Shown: in pieces, positions 11,991 through 24,699 of the stretch
Numbering within the stretch: position 1 is the first letter of the stretch
Layout of the letters: every line of letters starts with the position of its first letter
DNA from: Camelus dromedarius
Taxonomy: Eukaryota
Length of the DNA stretch: 64,000 bases
Assembly: GCF_036321535.1 (NCBI RefSeq)
Contig: NC_087437.1
Coordinates: 26,538,001 to 26,602,000 of the forward strand
Reading direction: 5' to 3'
Made by a program: the position numbers and the translations under genes
Notes under the pieces: model-generated
Database searches by the model: none
What the model saw: the letters and a program-made list of their open reading frames with translations, nothing else
Told to the model about the DNA's origin: nothing

Positions 11991-13333
11991 GTCCTCAACT
12001 CTGTGTCATGAGCTGCCAAGGAAAAGGAGAAAATGTAAATTGCAATCTCTTAGCCCTTCCCAGCCTTACTCCTTTGGTTTTAGCCACTCCGTGTGGCCAC
12101 CCCAGCAAAAGAAGGAGGCAACTGAGGTCCCAGCAACCCACTGAGTTAAATATCCCCCAGACTTAACATCAAGAGCACCTTCACCAGGAGTGCCTGATGA
12201 CGGACTTACTGTGCAAAGTAGATGGCGGGGACTCACACAGCAGCCTTTCTCCGTGCAGCATCTCCTCAGAATCCTAGGCAAATGGTGGAACCCACTCCAA
12301 ACCACATGGACTGTGGAGCCCACCTTCGGGGGACTGTCTGACCCAATGCAGACTGCATAGATAAAGAGTCCGACTTGCCCAGGGCCTCTGGGTGCCACCC
12401 GAGACTGAGAGGGTCCACTGTCTCATTGGCTGATAAGCTGCCTGCAGTTTTTTGTTTTGCTTTGTTTGGTTTTTAGCTGAGCCTCCATGAACACAGTTTC
12501 TGAAATGCCAATGCATTCCAGAAAAGGAAGGCCGTCAGAGGTAGTTATCAGGGATGGGATGGTGGTGCGAGTGGTGTGCATCGTGCAGAGGGCCCTGCAC
12601 CCAGCTGCTCAGAAAGCTGCTCTCCCCATTCCATGCAGTCACCCAGCAATGCCCCTTGGCAGGTGTGCACCGTGGTGCTGAGACACTTGGACAGCGGGGT
12701 TTCCTGAAGCCAAGGGACTGTACTGTGACCTGGTCCTGATCAGACCTCTTCCCCCGCCTGTGGGGTACAGAGGCCCCTGAGCCCTAGCAACCGACCCAAC
12801 AAGGCTGGACTAATGGAGAACTGACCCATTCATGATGACTCTGAGGATTAACACTCCACACTCCAGTCAAAAAAAAAAAAAATCACACACACTCAGGAAG
12901 GTACTTCTACAATCTGTCACAGGGAGATTGCCATTGCTCCTAACGGAGAGTAGGGGGGCAGGGATAGCGTCAGCCTCAGGACAAGCACAATAGCCATCTG
13001 GTCCAGACAGGACGTGGGAGCATTCTCTCCACCTTATAGGCAATAGGCACCCTCCACCCTTCCTCAACCGGGAGCTCTCATAAAGGCAGTAACCTCCACA
13101 ATGGAGATCACAACACAAGAGGCTGGCAACTCAACATCAAATATAGCATTATACAGCCTTCTGGGAGGACCAACCGATGCGCACAGCTAAGTATTTCTGG
13201 TAAAGCTCACAGTCATGTCTGGGCTGGATGTAATGATCACCTCCCTTTCTGTTTCCTTGAAACAGACACCATACAGGACTGCTTTGGTTGTTTCTACCAC
13301 TTTTGGACGTGACTTCCCTTCCCTGCCATATTA

Positions 13334-13508
13334 GTGGGGTTTTTTTTTTTTTTTTAAGGACTTCTCTCTTTTTATTTTATTTACTGTTTTCTGGGGTGGG
13401 GAGGTAATTAGGTTTATTTATTTTGTTTTAGAGGAGGTAGTGGGGATTGAACCCAGGACCTCATGCATGCTGACCTGTGCCTTAGCCCTTGAACAGGTGT
13501 CCACCCCA
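13334..13508 (-). mobile_element. Camelid tRNA-derived SINE (Vic-1-like)
   Basis: 'ggggaggtaattaggtttatttattt...ggggattgaacccaggacctc' (B-box antisense), poly-T tail, 8-bp TSD CCATATTA at 13326-13333 and 13509-13516. Confidence 0.85.
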
Positions 13509-13799
13509 CCATATTAAATTTTTATCTATTCAGATGGTAATAGCGTTGGGCCCCTGTGGTGATTTGAGTGGTAAGTGTTTGGAAACCACTAGTAAGGATT
13601 ATTTGCTGTCAAAAACCTGAGAAATTGTGGGCAGGATGGGAGTAGAGAACCTTCAGTTATAAAGATGAGAGGCCTCCAGTGGAGAGAAATCTGGGTTTAC
13701 AGGGTCAGCATAGTGGATTTAAACCCCAAATCTTCTATTTTTGTGGCAGAATTGCTTCAGCTATGGAAAGATTTTTCACCAAAGCGGGGTTTCTGTATA

Positions 13800-14400
13800 T
13801 GAAACCAAGCAGGACCTTGTGGGGCCCTCCCAAGTGAAAAGGCCTGTAGGAAAAAGTTTCAGCCTCCTAGGCCTTCCTTCAGTTCCAATGGGCAGATTCA
13901 AAGAGTTACTAGTTAGAGGAGTGAGGGAATGCAGAAACAAAGGAAAGGCAGTCAAAAACAATAGTGCAGCGATGGGGCCAGGTCCTGGATCCTGCAGGAG
14001 TATACCTAACAGTCTGATACACACCTCTGAGTTCTTCTGCAGGAACTATGGCCCCCAGCCAGGTGGAGGATGGTAACTTCAGGCTGAGCACAAGCACCTG
14101 GACCCCAGACTAGTTGGAACCAGAAGGCTGATCATTGAGATTCCTAGACCACCACCCTGTTACTTCATCACCAGCCAATGAGGGGAAAGTCACACACCTT
14201 CAGCTCTCCCTCCATATTTTGCCTAAAAAAGCAGCTCCCCCAAAACCACCAGGGAGTTTGGATTTTTTGAGCATGAGCTGTCCTGGCCTCCTTGTCTAGT
14301 ACCTTACAATAAATAAGTGCACTTTCCTTCACTACAACCCGATGCAGTAGGATGGCTTTATTGTGCATGTGTGAGCAGAGCCAAGTTTGGTTCAGTAACA
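13800..14400 (+). mobile_element. ERV1 solo LTR (cetartiodactyl type)
   Basis: Starts TGAAACC, ends CAGTAACA; CCAAT, TATA-like 'cctaaaaaa', AATAAA; 4-bp flanks TATA/TAGA. Confidence 0.8.
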
Positions 14401-15154
14401 TAGAGAGTTCACAGCTGCACACCAAAGGAAACAGGGACACGGTGTGCTTTAGGACACAAGGGGTGGCTGCAGCATCCGCTTGGCACAGTGCGATGGAGAG
14501 TTCCGGGGAAGCAGAGCTAAAGCTTGTTCAGAGCAGCTCGTGACCAAGAGATGCTAAACCACTTTCCACTTGGCCACAAACCAAAGGGCCATCTGAAATC
14601 TCACCTTAATAAACTAGTTAGAAAGGAAGAAGAGAATAGAGCGACCACACAATTCCTCAGAGAATATCAGGGAGGCACCAAGGTGCACCCAAGGAGCCAG
14701 ACGTGGTGACCAGTCGGTTGTGGAGGCGGGTTGGGCAGGTTTCCATGCTCTGTCCAGGACTCTCTCCGAGACTCTGCAGGGCTTTGCTCACAGACAGTGT
14801 CCCTTAACTAATTTGCTTCCAATATGGCTGGGTTGGTCGTAGGCAGGATTGCTGTGGGCCCCGGGCACAAATCCTCCCATGTCTAGGAGATCTCAGTTAA
14901 TGAGAAACTGACTTGCATCTTGGTGGGTGGAAATAACTGCTGTGTAGGCTTCAGGTTTGGAAAAGAGAAACATCTGAAAGCAACTGTGCCCTGAGGTGAA
15001 ACAGAACTTAGCAAACACCCCACCTCCCACTCCTGGAAGAAGAAACAGACCCTGTTCGGGGGGTGGGGTGTGCATGCACATTAAGAGAAATGTAGGTGCT
15101 ACCATGCTTCTCTTCCATCAAGTTCCAAATTTCCCATCTCCCGGATTTTCTAGA

Positions 15155-15630
15155 AGGGATTTTACAAACTAGTTCTTGGCCTGTTCATGGATTGTTGAAT
15201 TAATTTAGTGGGGCATGACCAATATCTTTGTTTTGTTTTAAAATTTTTTACTATGGAAGATAGCAAATATATAAAATATTAGAGAGCACAATGTAATGAA
15301 CCAGGATGTGCCTCTCACCAAGTTCTAACAGTGAGCAGCTCATGGCCAATCCCGCTTCATCTGCACCCCAGCCTTCTGTCTCAATTATTTTGAAGTAAGT
15401 TACAGATCTTGTATCATTTGGCTGTAAATACTTTGTATCCCTAAAAGATGATGCTTATTCCCATTTTTAAATGACATACCATAGAATAGAAAATAGAGCA
15501 TGAAGGTAAGTAACATCAGTCATATTAAACTTTTGTTTCGTTTGTGCGTGTGTGTGCGTATGTGTGCACTCGGCTACGATGTAAAATGTATTTCTTACAG
15601 TGGGTCTCAAAAAAGTTCAAAAGTCACTGT
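15155..15630. mobile_element. MER112-like hAT-Charlie MITE split by an L1MC 3' fragment
   Basis: Left arm 'aattaatttagtggggcatgaccaa' and right arm 'atgtaaaatgtatttcttacagtgggtc...aagttcaaaagtcactg' flank the L1 piece. Confidence 0.6.
15238..15480 (-). mobile_element. L1MC-type 3' end fragment
   Basis: 'aatgtaatgaacc...ctcatggccaatcccgcttcatct...attattttgaagtaag...atcatttggctgtaaatactt'. Confidence 0.6.
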
Positions 15631-15699
15631 CAGAAGTCTAGAAGAAACTCTGAAGAATGCAGCCCTCACAGGCAGCCTGAGCATCCCCCTGCCCCCTCA

Positions 15700-16330
15700 C
15701 CCCCTTGTCAATGTCAGGGGAGAACCTGGCTAAGGGCAAAAGGAGGTAAGGGCTAGGGGAAGTTGCTGGGTGGGTTATGAGTTTGGGGGTGACCTGGAGG
15801 GCGTCATGTCCTCTTTTGAGAGAACAGCACACCTCTCACTGGGGAGGACATGTGATGGGGCAGAAGAGAAAGTACATAGTGAAATACACGTTTTCAGCCT
15901 TCCCCTTCCTTTCTGAGGAGGCCTTCGAGTCTGGCTTTCTGTTGTTGCCAAGGATAAAAGATGAATTGAAGGAGGCCTAGAAAAGCTAAATGTGTCTCCT
16001 TAGTGAAGAGCTGAGCAGAAGTGGGGAGGGGAGAGGGAAACGGCCAGCCCTGGAGGAGCTCAGGGGGAGAGTTTGCGAAGAGAGTGGGGAAAGGAGGCAG
16101 GGGAGCTTTCTGAGTGGCTGCCGTGGGGATGGGTGTGGAGGGCTGAGGAGGGATTTTAGGACAATGTGCTGTGAGTCATGCAGTGTCACTTGCTTTAGAC
16201 CCTGTTTTTAAAACTTCAGTAGAGTTTGGACTCCTTTTCAGTGCTTTCTGGGTGTTGAGCGAGTGCTTCCACCGAGCGCCCCTCTAGGGAAGGAGGCTCA
16301 GGTGGTGTGGGTCCCCATGAGACGTTTACT
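15700..16330 (+). mobile_element. Possible very old (Gypsy-like) LTR remnant
   Basis: Purine-rich body followed by a U5-like tail; recalled resemblance only. Confidence 0.25.
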
Positions 16331-16754
16331 GTCTCCTCCACCCACTACTTTACAGCTCTGATTCTTGCTTGTTCAGTTTACAACTCGGCAGCCTTGCTTC
16401 CAGAAAGCCCCTTCTAGATGGTTCCAGAGCCCCGTGCCTGCCTTGTTACCACATTTCCATACCCCGTGGGATTGAATGATGGTTGTAGGCTGGCCTCCAT
16501 CTTCCAACCCCGGGAGCAGCTTGAGAGCCAGGACTATGATTCATCTCAGCCTTCCCGGGGGCTGCGAGCACATAACTCCGCCTTTCTTGTTTCTCTGACT
16601 TCAAGGAAATGAGGATCCAACTGGGGGGTCTCTGGAAACAATAGGGGAAAATATAATTGGGAATAAAATTAAACATTAATTTGCAATATGGACCATCCTA
16701 CGTGTTTATGAGTTCAGAACAGAAAAGATGGAGTGATGATAACAACAATGACAG

Positions 16755-17003
16755 CAATAATAGTAATGCTTGTTAGTGCTTTCAACGTACTGGGCACTGT
16801 TCTAAGTACTTTACAAATATTTACTCATAATCTTTATAAGAGCCCAGTGAATTGAATACTATTATTGTTCCCATTTTGCAGATGAGGAAAACAAGTCACA
16901 GAGAGATGAGGTGGTTTGCTTGTTCACGGTTCCACTGCAGGTGTTGGGTAGAGCTGAGCAATCTGTTTCCAGACTCTGAGCTTTTTACCACAGCTGCATA
17001 CTG
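16755..17003 (-). mobile_element. MIR SINE
   Basis: 'gggcactgttctaagtacttta...cccattttgcagatgaggaaaac'. Confidence 0.85.
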
Positions 17004-17179
17004 AGTGATGGGCAGATGTTTTATGAAGGAGGAGGACTCGAATTGCTGAGGAGAAAGGAGGTCATTCTGGGGCATGTGCGAAAATGCAAGAGGGGAAGAT
17101 TTTGGTGTGTTCACTGCCCTGTGAAGAAGGAGTCTTCAGAAGGGGTGCTAGGAAATCAGATTGGATGGGAGGTGTGGAA

Positions 17180-18310
17180 CCTGGCGCCATCACACTAGGC
17201 TGGGTCTGAAAATGAGAGGTTGAAGCTGAAGGTAGAAGAATGAGAGTCAGCCAAGCCAAGACCAGGGGCAACAGCTGGTGCAAAGGCCCTGAGAGGGAGT
17301 AAGCTTGGCCTGTCCCAGGGGTGAAAGAAGACTTTATGGCTAGAATGCGGTGGATGAAGGCAAGGGTCATGTGAAATGAAGTCTGAGAGGCCAGATCATG
17401 GAAACAAGGACCCAGAGTTTGAAAACAAAGACACAAAGCTTTCTAAGTGCAGTGGAAGCCATTGGGAAGCTGTTAAACAGAAGAGTCACAGGATATAATT
17501 TGTGTTCCTAAAAGATGCTCTGGATGCTGTAAGGAAAATGGGTTGTAGAGGGACAAAAGTGGAAATAAGGAGGCTTGAAATTTCAGCAATCTGCTGAGAG
17601 GATGGTGGCCTGGACCAGGATGGAGAGGACGAAGTTGAAGAGGAGTGAATAGATTAGCATGTATTTTGGAGGTAGAGTCAGTAGGGCTGCCTGCTGGATT
17701 GGATGTGGGAGAGAGAGGAGGAGAACAGATCAGTCATCTCTTCTAGGCATAGAATTGTGAGGAAGCCATTTATTGGAACAGGGAAGAATGGGAGGGGCGG
17801 GGAAGCAGGTGGAGCATCTAGAGTTCTGTCTGGGTCTTGTTAAGTATGAGAAGGTTATTAAGGTATCTCAGGTGATATCTAAGTAGAGGGGCTGAGCAGG
17901 TGGGGTATCTATTGGATATACACCAGGCTGTGGTTCTGGGCAGGGATCAAGGCTGGAGTTAAGGATTCCTGGGCCATAAGCCTAAGATGGTATTTCAAGC
18001 GAAGGGCCTGGTCAAGATCATCTGGAGCTTGTTTGCTTTCTGACAAAAGTGATGGAGAAGACATTGCGAAGGAGATGGGACCAGGGCTCAAGTGGACAGG
18101 GTGACATTCGGGGACATGTCTTTCAGACAAACAAGAGAGAAGGTGGCTGGAGAATTCCACAGAGATGCTGGTAGGTTAGGAGTCTACATCCTGGGTGAAG
18201 GTCCCTAGGTGAAGGAGTCTCTCCCTGATTATTTCTATTATCTCAAGGAAAAATGAGAAGAGTTAACCAGCTAAGCATGAGAGCAGAGGAGGGGGTATTA
18301 GAAGTTTGAA
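17180..18310 (-). mobile_element. L2 LINE fragment
   Basis: 'tgcaaaggccctgag', 'ggaagccattgggaag', 'attttggaggtagagtcagtaggg...ggattggatgtggga' L2 antisense motifs. Confidence 0.75.
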
Positions 18311-18349
18311 ATGGTTGATCAGTTGTTTTATTCAATATCTTTCCTTCGG

Positions 18350-18480
18350 AAAGACTGTCAGTTCCACGGAAGCAAGAATTGGGTCTGTCTTATTCACTGC
18401 TTATTCCTAGTACCTGGCAAGTTGCTGCACGTGTAGTAAGGGTTCAACAAACAGCTGCTGATGAATGAAAAAAATCAGTA
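18350..18480 (+). mobile_element. L2 3' end
   Basis: 'gactgtcagttccacggaagcaagaattgggtctgtcttattcactgc...tgatgaatgaa'. Confidence 0.7.
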
Positions 18481-18497
18481 ATTGAATGAAAGTTAGA

Positions 18498-19877
18498 TGT
18501 CTCTTACAGATACTTACTACTGCAGAACAAACCACCTTGAAACTTTGTGGCTTAAAGCAGCCATTTATTATTATCGCTCACCATTCTGCGGTCCTGATAA
18601 GCTCAACTGGGTAGTTTTTTTTTTTTTAATAGAAATCGATTTACAATTTTATGTTAATTTCTGATGTACAGCATAGTGATTCATTTATGCATATATATAT
18701 ATTCCTCATATTTTTAAATTATAGGCTATTACAAGATATTGAATATAGTTCCCTGTGCTATACAGTAGGATCTTGTTGTCTATTTTATATATAGTAGTTT
18801 GTATCTGCAAATCTTGAACTCTCAATTTATCCATCTTCAGCCACTTTGCCCCCTGGTAATCATAAGTTTGTTTTCTATGAGTCTGTTTCTGTTTTGCAAA
18901 TAAGTTCATTTGTGTCATTTTTTTTTTTAGATTCCACATGTAAATATCATATGGTATTTTTCTTTCTCTTTCTGTTTACTTCACTTAGTATGACAATCTC
19001 CAGGTCCATTGAAGTTGCTGCAAATGGCCTTATTTCATTCATTTTTTATGGCTGAGTAATATTCCATTGTGTATATATACCACATCATCTTTATCCAGTC
19101 ATCTGTCGGATGTTTAGGTTGTTTCCATGCCTTGGCTATTGTAAATAGTGCTGTTATGAACGCTGGGGTGCATGAATCTTTTCAAATTAGAGTTTTCTCT
19201 GGATATATGTCCAGAAGTGGGATTGCTGGATCATATGATAAGTCTATTTTTAGTTTTTTAAGGAATCTCCGTAGTGTTTCCCATAATGGCTGCACCAAAA
19301 CTACATTCCCACCAACAGTATAGGAGAATTCCCCTTTCTCCATGCTCTCTCCAGCACTTATTGTTTGTGGAATTTTTAATGATGGCTGTTCTGCCTGATG
19401 TGAGGTGATATTGTAACAACTAAGTAGTTTTCACATGGGATTGATTCCTTATAGGGTTGCACTCAGATGGCAGCTAAGGTTGGAATTATCTTAAGGTTTA
19501 TTTATCCACATGTCTGGTGCTTGGGCTGTGATATCTGGGTGATTTGGGGACTGGTTGGGCATCAGTCTCTCCATGTGGCTTCTTCTTGTTGCTAGCATGG
19601 GCTTCCTCACAGTATGGTGGTCTCAGGGTAGTTGGATTCCTTCATAGTGTCTGGCTTCCCCCGGGGCTGGCTTCACCTAGAACTAGTATTCCAACAGACC
19701 CAGGTGGAAGCTGTAAGGCTACTTAAAACCTAGCCTTTGAAATCTTGCAGCATCATATCTGTTATATTCTGTTAGTCAAAGTAATCACAGGTCCCCCAGA
19801 CTCAAGGAGGTGAAGGAATAGGTTCCACCTCTCGGGGGAAGGAATTGATGCAGCTTCTTTGGAGACAAGCTATAACA
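18498..19877 (-). mobile_element. MLT1 (MaLR) solo LTR interrupted by L1
   Basis: 'aacaaaccaccttgaaactttgtggcttaaagcagccatttatt' on the left; 'gggcttcctcacagtatggtgg', 'ggaagctgtaaggc', 'cccagactcaagg' on the right. Confidence 0.75.
18619..19416 (-). mobile_element. 5'-truncated artiodactyl L1 with TSD
   Basis: Poly-T, L1 3'UTR and ORF2 end antisense; TSD CAACTGGGTAGTTTT (18604-18618) / CAACTAAGTAGTTTT (19417-19431). Confidence 0.9.
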
Positions 19878-21195
19878 ACACCCATGTGAATGTGTCCTGG
19901 AGACCTGGAATTTGAGTGAAAGTATAGAGACAGAAAGTCAAAATCATAGAGATAAGGAGTTAAATTCATAAGATGGACTGGACCCCTAAAGGGAGAAATT
20001 GTAAGAAGGCTGAGGTTTTGAGGACACCCCTGTACATCCCCTACCCCTGCAATTCAGTCAAAGGTAAAGAAGAGAGAGGGATGGGGGAGAAGTCCTGGGA
20101 GCAAGAGAGGTAAAGAGGAAGGGGGAAGGATCGAGGGAAGGAGCGGGGTCGGGGGAGAGAGAGAGAGAGAGAGAGAAGGATGGAGGGATGGAGGGAGGGA
20201 GAATGGGGATTTGATACCTAACTGTAGCTTGTGGCATAAACAGGAACCCATCTACCTGAAGGGTAAAATCAAATTCTCAAATCTGTTTATTTTTAGAGAC
20301 TAAGTCAGCTTGTTAAAATTAATAGTGATAGCTGCTTTAGCCCTACATGGAGCAGAACGTCCTGCTTGGGTTTTAGATTCTAGGTACACACCAGGGCATT
20401 CCAGTTTGGTTCAGGCTCAGCCCAGTGACAATGCAGGCTGTTCCTGCTGATTCTCTGTATAAAAGTCACCATTCACCTACCCCACGGCAGTGCTTGAATA
20501 AGTTTCACAAAACCTTCAAAATGGAGTGATTTTGGTTCAGTTCCGAGTTTGAAAAAAGATACTAGTTATGCCAAATTTAAAGTTGAGTTTGGGCTGGGGT
20601 CAGTTATCTGGCTTATTCAAGGATTTTCTTTTTTTCTTTGCCAATTGAGCCAATTCCCAGGTATACTTTGTATCTGAATCTGAGTTTTCTTGGAGAAATG
20701 AGATTTTATCTTTGCAGATTCGGAAAAAGGAAATACAAAGCAGCAGATCCTGTCAAAAGGAAAGGTGAACTCAGTGTCAAATGACGGAACTGCAAAATGA
20801 GGGAACCAGAGGCTCTAATGAGGAGGAACTCAAAGGTCTGAGAACAAAAGGGAGCAGAAAATGATGGAAGGGAGGGGAGGTCAAATCATCTCCGTTGATC
20901 TGATGTTTTCTCTTGAAAACCTTTCCAGGATGTAGTACTGTTTCCTTGCAAGGAAAATGCTCCACTTACTTTATTTATCGTAGAAACATATACTGTGTGA
21001 TTTAAAAAAAAACTGATAGCCAAATTAGCGTGTGGTTACAATCCTTTTGTAACAGCCGTGTCTGTAAATGCTCACATCCTTACACAGACTTGTTGTGCCT
21101 TCTGCTCCTGGCTCAGAGTTAAGACTGGGATCAGAAGCTTGGATTCAGCCTTGAGTCTGTAAACTTTTTATGGAAAGCAATTATTCCTCCCTCAA

Positions 21196-21240
21196 GTTAA
21201 ATTTCCCGTGTTGAGACGGCCTCAACACGGGAAATTTAAC
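21196..21240. repeat. Perfect 20-bp inverted repeat with 5-nt loop
   Basis: GTTAAATTTCCCGTGTTGAG-ACGGC-CTCAACACGGGAAATTTAAC. Confidence 0.97.
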
Positions 21241-21625
21241 GTTGATGCTGAGTGTTGTTGCTGGAAGGTACTTCTAAGCTTATCCATCCCTACCCTTCAT
21301 TTAACAGATGAGAACACACAGGCACCAGGATCTGAGATGAACTTACTCATTTTATTTAAAAGACAGTGCTTCTCACAAGAGATTTTGTAGATCTAAAATT
21401 GTATACTTCCAAAAAGATCATTAGTAGTCAATGTATTATCCCCCGCCACACCATCCAAATAAAGTCGTCCTTGTCATCAGTGTTTTGAACCAAGCTACAT
21501 TAAAATGAGAGATGTGTTTTGAACCTCATTTCCAGTGTCTTTGAAGTCACTATTCTGGGCTTTGTAAACTTCTTGGCAAAATTAGTCCTTTAAGTCTGAA
21601 CAGCAAATATCTACATAGTGATATT

Positions 21626-21970
21626 GTATTAGTCAAGGTAACCTCAGTGCTGTGACACAATACTTGTGCTGTTGGGAAGCTATTTAGCTTGTGTCTCAAC
21701 TTCCTCACCTTTAAATTGAGAGTCAAAGCACATGCCTCATAATGTTCTGTGTATTAAATGAGCTAATATTTATAAAGCCGTTAGAACAGTGCCTGACACA
21801 TAGTAACCTATGTAAGTGGTTGTTAGTGAATGAATGAATGAATGAATGAATGAATAAAAATGTGACTCCTGCTCACTCATAGTCCAGTGTCAGGGTTCCT
21901 GGTCTATTGGTTTTCCTTGGCATCATTCAGACTCCCAGTCTCCTTTCTTCTTGAGGCTCCACTCTCCTTG
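21626..21970. mobile_element. Old MLT1-like fragment interrupted by a MIR (about 21670-21830) and a (TGAA)n run
   Basis: 'tgtattagtcaaggtaac...' MLT terminus; MIR 'attaaatgagctaat...ttagaacagtgcctgacacatagtaa'; TGAA repeats about 21827-21854. Confidence 0.55.
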
Positions 21971-23084
21971 AGATGCTTAGGGTCCTCCCCCTCCCCTTAG
22001 TAGCAACCAACCTCAGGCCCCTGGTGTGCCCTCCCCATCCCGACATCCAAATTGGAAATGATTTAAAATTGGTCAGCTGGGGAAAGATCTTGATTCAGCC
22101 ACCCCTACACAAAAGAGACGTTATCTGAGAGATGTAGATAATGACCCCACCTCCTCAGGCTCTTCTGAGAATTACATAAAACAGCACATACACAGTACCC
22201 AGCACACAGTACCACCACACAGCAGCCACTGTTCATCTGTCATGGTGTGTTTACGTTTGTCTTCTGTATTTTAGCTGTTCTCCTGCTAGTCTTTATAAAT
22301 AGGCACCTGCATTTAACTAGAATTTTTGTTAGTATTTAATGACATCTTCCATTGTGTTGGATCTTATTTTTCCTAATGTTCCTCACCTCATCTGTGCCTT
22401 CTCAGTTGTTTTGTCCTCTGGAAGAAACCTTTTGGATAAGGATGGGCATAGTCCAAAGGCATCCTATTCATGAACAGAGGTACTGATGCGGGTCAGTTTG
22501 CAGGCTGAATTCCTCTTCGTTCCTTTCTAAGCCAGCAGTAGGATTCCAGGTAATGGATCAGAAGCAGTGATGGGGAGTGAACAAAGGTGCAGAAGTGGGA
22601 GACTTAGGTTCTTACATCACATAACTTTCTCCAAAGGAATTTCTTTTATTTTTAGAAATATTTTATTTCAATAATAACACTATTTTACAAAAAAAGAATA
22701 CCAAAGGAAACTTCATTATCACCTATCTTACAGTTTCTTGGTTGCTTAATTATATTCATGATGTGTGGATTTTATTAGGTTCAGCCTATTTCCAGGTGCC
22801 GGGGGAAGTCACAGCTTATGGTCAGGATTCTCATGCCACCTACATCAGACCTCTGGTAGCGTCTACTACTTTCTTCTCAAAAGCAGTTTGAACACATTCA
22901 TGTTATAAAGCACAGAGAAGTAAAACTACTTTCTTTGAAATCTTGCAATGCTCTTTAGATGACTGGAGATACTTGGACTTAGCGTCCTGGAATGACTAAA
23001 GGAGTCCAGGGCCAACAACTCCCCAGTTACCGCAATGACAGGACAGCCGATGTGGCTGTCACTTCCCCTAAAGACACAGCTTGA

Positions 23085-23217
23085 TATTGCAAACACTCCT
23101 GCTCAGGTCCCACCCAGAATGATTGATGCAGACTCTCTGGAGCTGAGACCCAGGCACAGGCATGTTTTTATGCAAGTTCCCAATTCTACTGTGCCTCCAG
23201 GGTTGAGAACTACTGAG
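23085..23217. mobile_element. MER5-type MITE
   Basis: 'ggtcccacccaga...gcagactctctgg...ccagggttgagaactactg'. Confidence 0.6.
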
Positions 23218-24039
23218 GTAGACATTCATAATCCTTCCTAAATCCATCTGAGGCACTTGATAATTTTACTTTTCTCATAGTGGAGATTTTACGGCCTGCT
23301 AACTGTTTACACATGAAGGCACGTGAAGGTGGGAGGCCCCGAGACTGCAGGAGCCGGTCCACTCCCTAGGTCAGAAGTCCCCGCGGGCTTGGTGAGGCCA
23401 CTGTGATTCACTTTGCTCCCCAGCTGTCTGTGGGGAACGAGGCTGGGCAGTGCCGCTGGTGTCACCCTCTCCCTGACAGTCCCGCGGCAGGGCCCTCTGT
23501 TGGGACGGAGCACCATAATCATCCTAGGTGCCTTAGTTTTGACAACTGAACCGATTGCGTTTTCCTATTACTGGTGAGTCCTCTTCCATCTTTTCTCACC
23601 CTCATATTAACCTCTCATTTAACAGGGTCATTGTGATAATCTAGGTTTACTAATTGTGTCCCCACCCAAATTAGATCCTCTGTATTACCACGTATAAGTT
23701 GTGAAAATAAAAAATGGGTACTGGAGAAAGGACGGGTATTGGAGGGAGGTGTAAGTAGTAAGACGCGTCCTTTGCTCACACAGGTGGGTGTTTACACTAA
23801 CATTCTATAAGCACCTGCGTTTTCCAAGCCCAGGCATTGTGCTCAGGTCTAAGGGCAGCAGCATCTGCCAGAAAATCTAAATATCAGCTCCCCCCATCCT
23901 CAGACCCATAGAATCCTCAGTTAATTTAGATGCACATTAAAGTTTGAGAAACACAGAATGAGGACACAAAGATGGCTGTAAAGAGCTCCTAGCTTCCGGC
24001 AAAGAATACTTTTTTTCTTTAAAGGTAAAAACATGATCT

Positions 24040-24472
24040 AATTTGAAAAGATTCATGCACCCCAATGTTCATAGCACTATTTACAATTGCCAAGGTATGG
24101 AAGCAACCTAGGTGTCCATCACCAGATGAATGGATAAAGATGTGGTGTATATATATTTATCTTTTGCCATTTGCAGCAACATGGATGGACTTGGCATTGT
24201 GCTAAGTGAAATAAGTCAGAGAACAAATACTGTATGATATCACTTGTATGTGGAATCTAAAAAATACAAAAAACTAGTGAGTATTTAACAAAGAAGCTGA
24301 CTGACAGATACAGAGAACAAACACGTGGTTACCAGCGAGGCTGGGTGGGGGTGAGTGGCAGTACAAGAGTAGGAAAAAAGGGTTACTATGGGGTTATACG
24401 AAATCATGTGTGTGAAACTTTTGAAAATTGTAAAGCAGTATGGAATTTGAAGAATCTTTCATCTGAATAAAA
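24040..24472 (+). mobile_element. 5'-truncated L1 with perfect 19-bp TSD
   Basis: L1 ORF2 end/3'UTR; TSD AAAGGTAAAAACATGATCT at 24021-24039 and 24473-24491; TT|AAAG endonuclease site. Confidence 0.92.
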
Positions 24473-24699
24473 AAAGGTAAAAACATGATCTCAGAAAAAT
24501 ATATAGTGAGACTGTGTCAAAGATTTAAGAGGAGAGGGTTGACCAAATGGCAAAACTGGTTCAAAAGAGGATAGAAAAAACTGCTAAATTTAGTCAACTG
24601 AAAAAAAAAAAAAAAATGCTAGAATAAGATCGCAAAGTTCAGTACAAAACTTGTTAATGTCCTACAGGAACCTAAAAGCCTTAACCTTTTGGTTTATTT

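Noticed and set aside
12826..13160. Possible snoRNA/scaRNA or retrocopy (ATGATGA box, nearby A run)
   Set aside because: No terminal stem, no appropriately spaced D box, no TSD, and no match to an RNA I recognise
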